Assembly: GCA_965237955.1 (NCBI GenBank)
Contig: OZ250169.1
Location: 3,904,001 to 3,968,000 of the forward strand
Direction of reading: 5' to 3'
Source: Candidatus Marinacidobacterales bacterium
GTDB lineage: Bacteria; Acidobacteriota; Vicinamibacteria; Marinacidobacterales; SMYC01
Length of the DNA: 64,000 bases
Shown: positions 63,389 through 64,000 of the stretch, piece after piece
Position numbering within the stretch: position 1 is the stretch's first letter
How the letters are laid out: each line of letters opens with the position of its first letter
Made by a program: the position numbers and the translations under genes
Notes under the pieces: model-generated
The model's database searches: none
The model's input: the letters and a program-made list of their open reading frames with translations, nothing else
What the model was told of the DNA's origin: nothing

Positions 63389-64000
63389 ATGTCTATTCGC
63401 CAACTCGTTAGAATCGCAATCGTTCTTCTCATCTCCGTCGGCCCGGCCGCCGCACAGTGGACGGCTGAAAAACCTGGAAGCGACAACATTGAAGTCTTGT
63501 CACACATTCCGCTCGGACCGAGGCTCAGCGTGTCCGATACCGATATCGAGCAAGAGATGGACCGGCCGTACGCTTACGTCGGCCGGACGGACTTTGGTAC
63601 GGCAGGCGAAAAGGGCATCGACATCATTGACTTGAGCGATCCAACGAATGCCAAACGCATCTACTCGTGGCGCATCGAGAACCAGGATCTTCATCTCGGC
63701 GCGGGCGGCATGGACGTCAAGCACTTCAAGTGGAAGGACCGCTACTACGTCGTACAGTCGCTCCAGTTCCGCCAGGGTGGACCCGACCCCGACCTCGGCG
63801 CCGTCGTTCTCGACGTAACCGGCCTCCCGGACCCCGCGACGGTCAAAGAGGTGGCTCGCATTCGTGAGCCCGACTACCCGGGCGGGTTCCACAACATCTT
63901 TATCTACAAGCACAGCAACGGTGCTGTGCTTCTGTTCACCACGGTTGCCGGCCCGTTCGCGCACGTTTACGACCTCGGTCGGGTCGTCGACGGCGATGTC
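63389..64000 (+). CDS. LVIVD-repeat-type exported beta-propeller (partial, runs off right edge)
   Basis: Signal peptide; PYAYVG, IDIIDLSDP, VVLDVTGLPDP, GFHNIF; open to window end. Confidence 0.78.
   Translation, partial: MSIRQLVRIAIVLLISVGPAAAQWTAEKPGSDNIEVLSHIPLGPRLSVSDTDIEQEMDRPYAYVGRTDFGTAGEKGIDIIDLSDPTNAKRIYSWRIENQDLHLGAGGMDVKHFKWKDRYYVVQSLQFRQGGPDPDLGAVVLDVTGLPDPATVKEVARIREPDYPGGFHNIFIYKHSNGAVLLFTTVAGPFAHVYDLGRVVDGDV

Overview
GC-rich bacterial DNA whose gene families (DUF1592/DUF1552/ankyrin operon, VPS10 glycosyl hydrolase, C25 peptidase, LVIVD protein) suggest an Acidobacteria-like organism; this taxonomy is inferred. The window is a heavily eroded, IS-rich mosaic. It holds IS256, IS630 (truncated), two IS5/IS903-group copies, an ISAzo13-like element, IS3, two IS21, ISL3, and IS1-like, IS1595 and IS110 remnants, several with readable target-site duplications. 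Many short gene fragments abut each other. Most notable: (1) an integrase-less integron cassette array at 27.3-29.7 kb with an inverted attC-bearing cassette nested inside; (2) removing three ISs in silico joins this array to a lambda-Nu1-like HTH/Cys-rich gene, an Ig-fold exported protein and an AT-rich palindromic TAGAAC/IHF-site element, possibly a decayed satellite-like or integrative element; (3) a DUF222-like HNH nuclease followed by three identical GCCAAACGTTTGGC palindromes; (4) an ArsC-family selenoprotein (UxxC with SECIS hairpin); (5) a tRNA-Asp 3'-half att site. Many single-base frameshifts look like long-read errors. No CRISPR array, rRNA or complete tRNA was found. All family calls come from motif recognition, not database searches.
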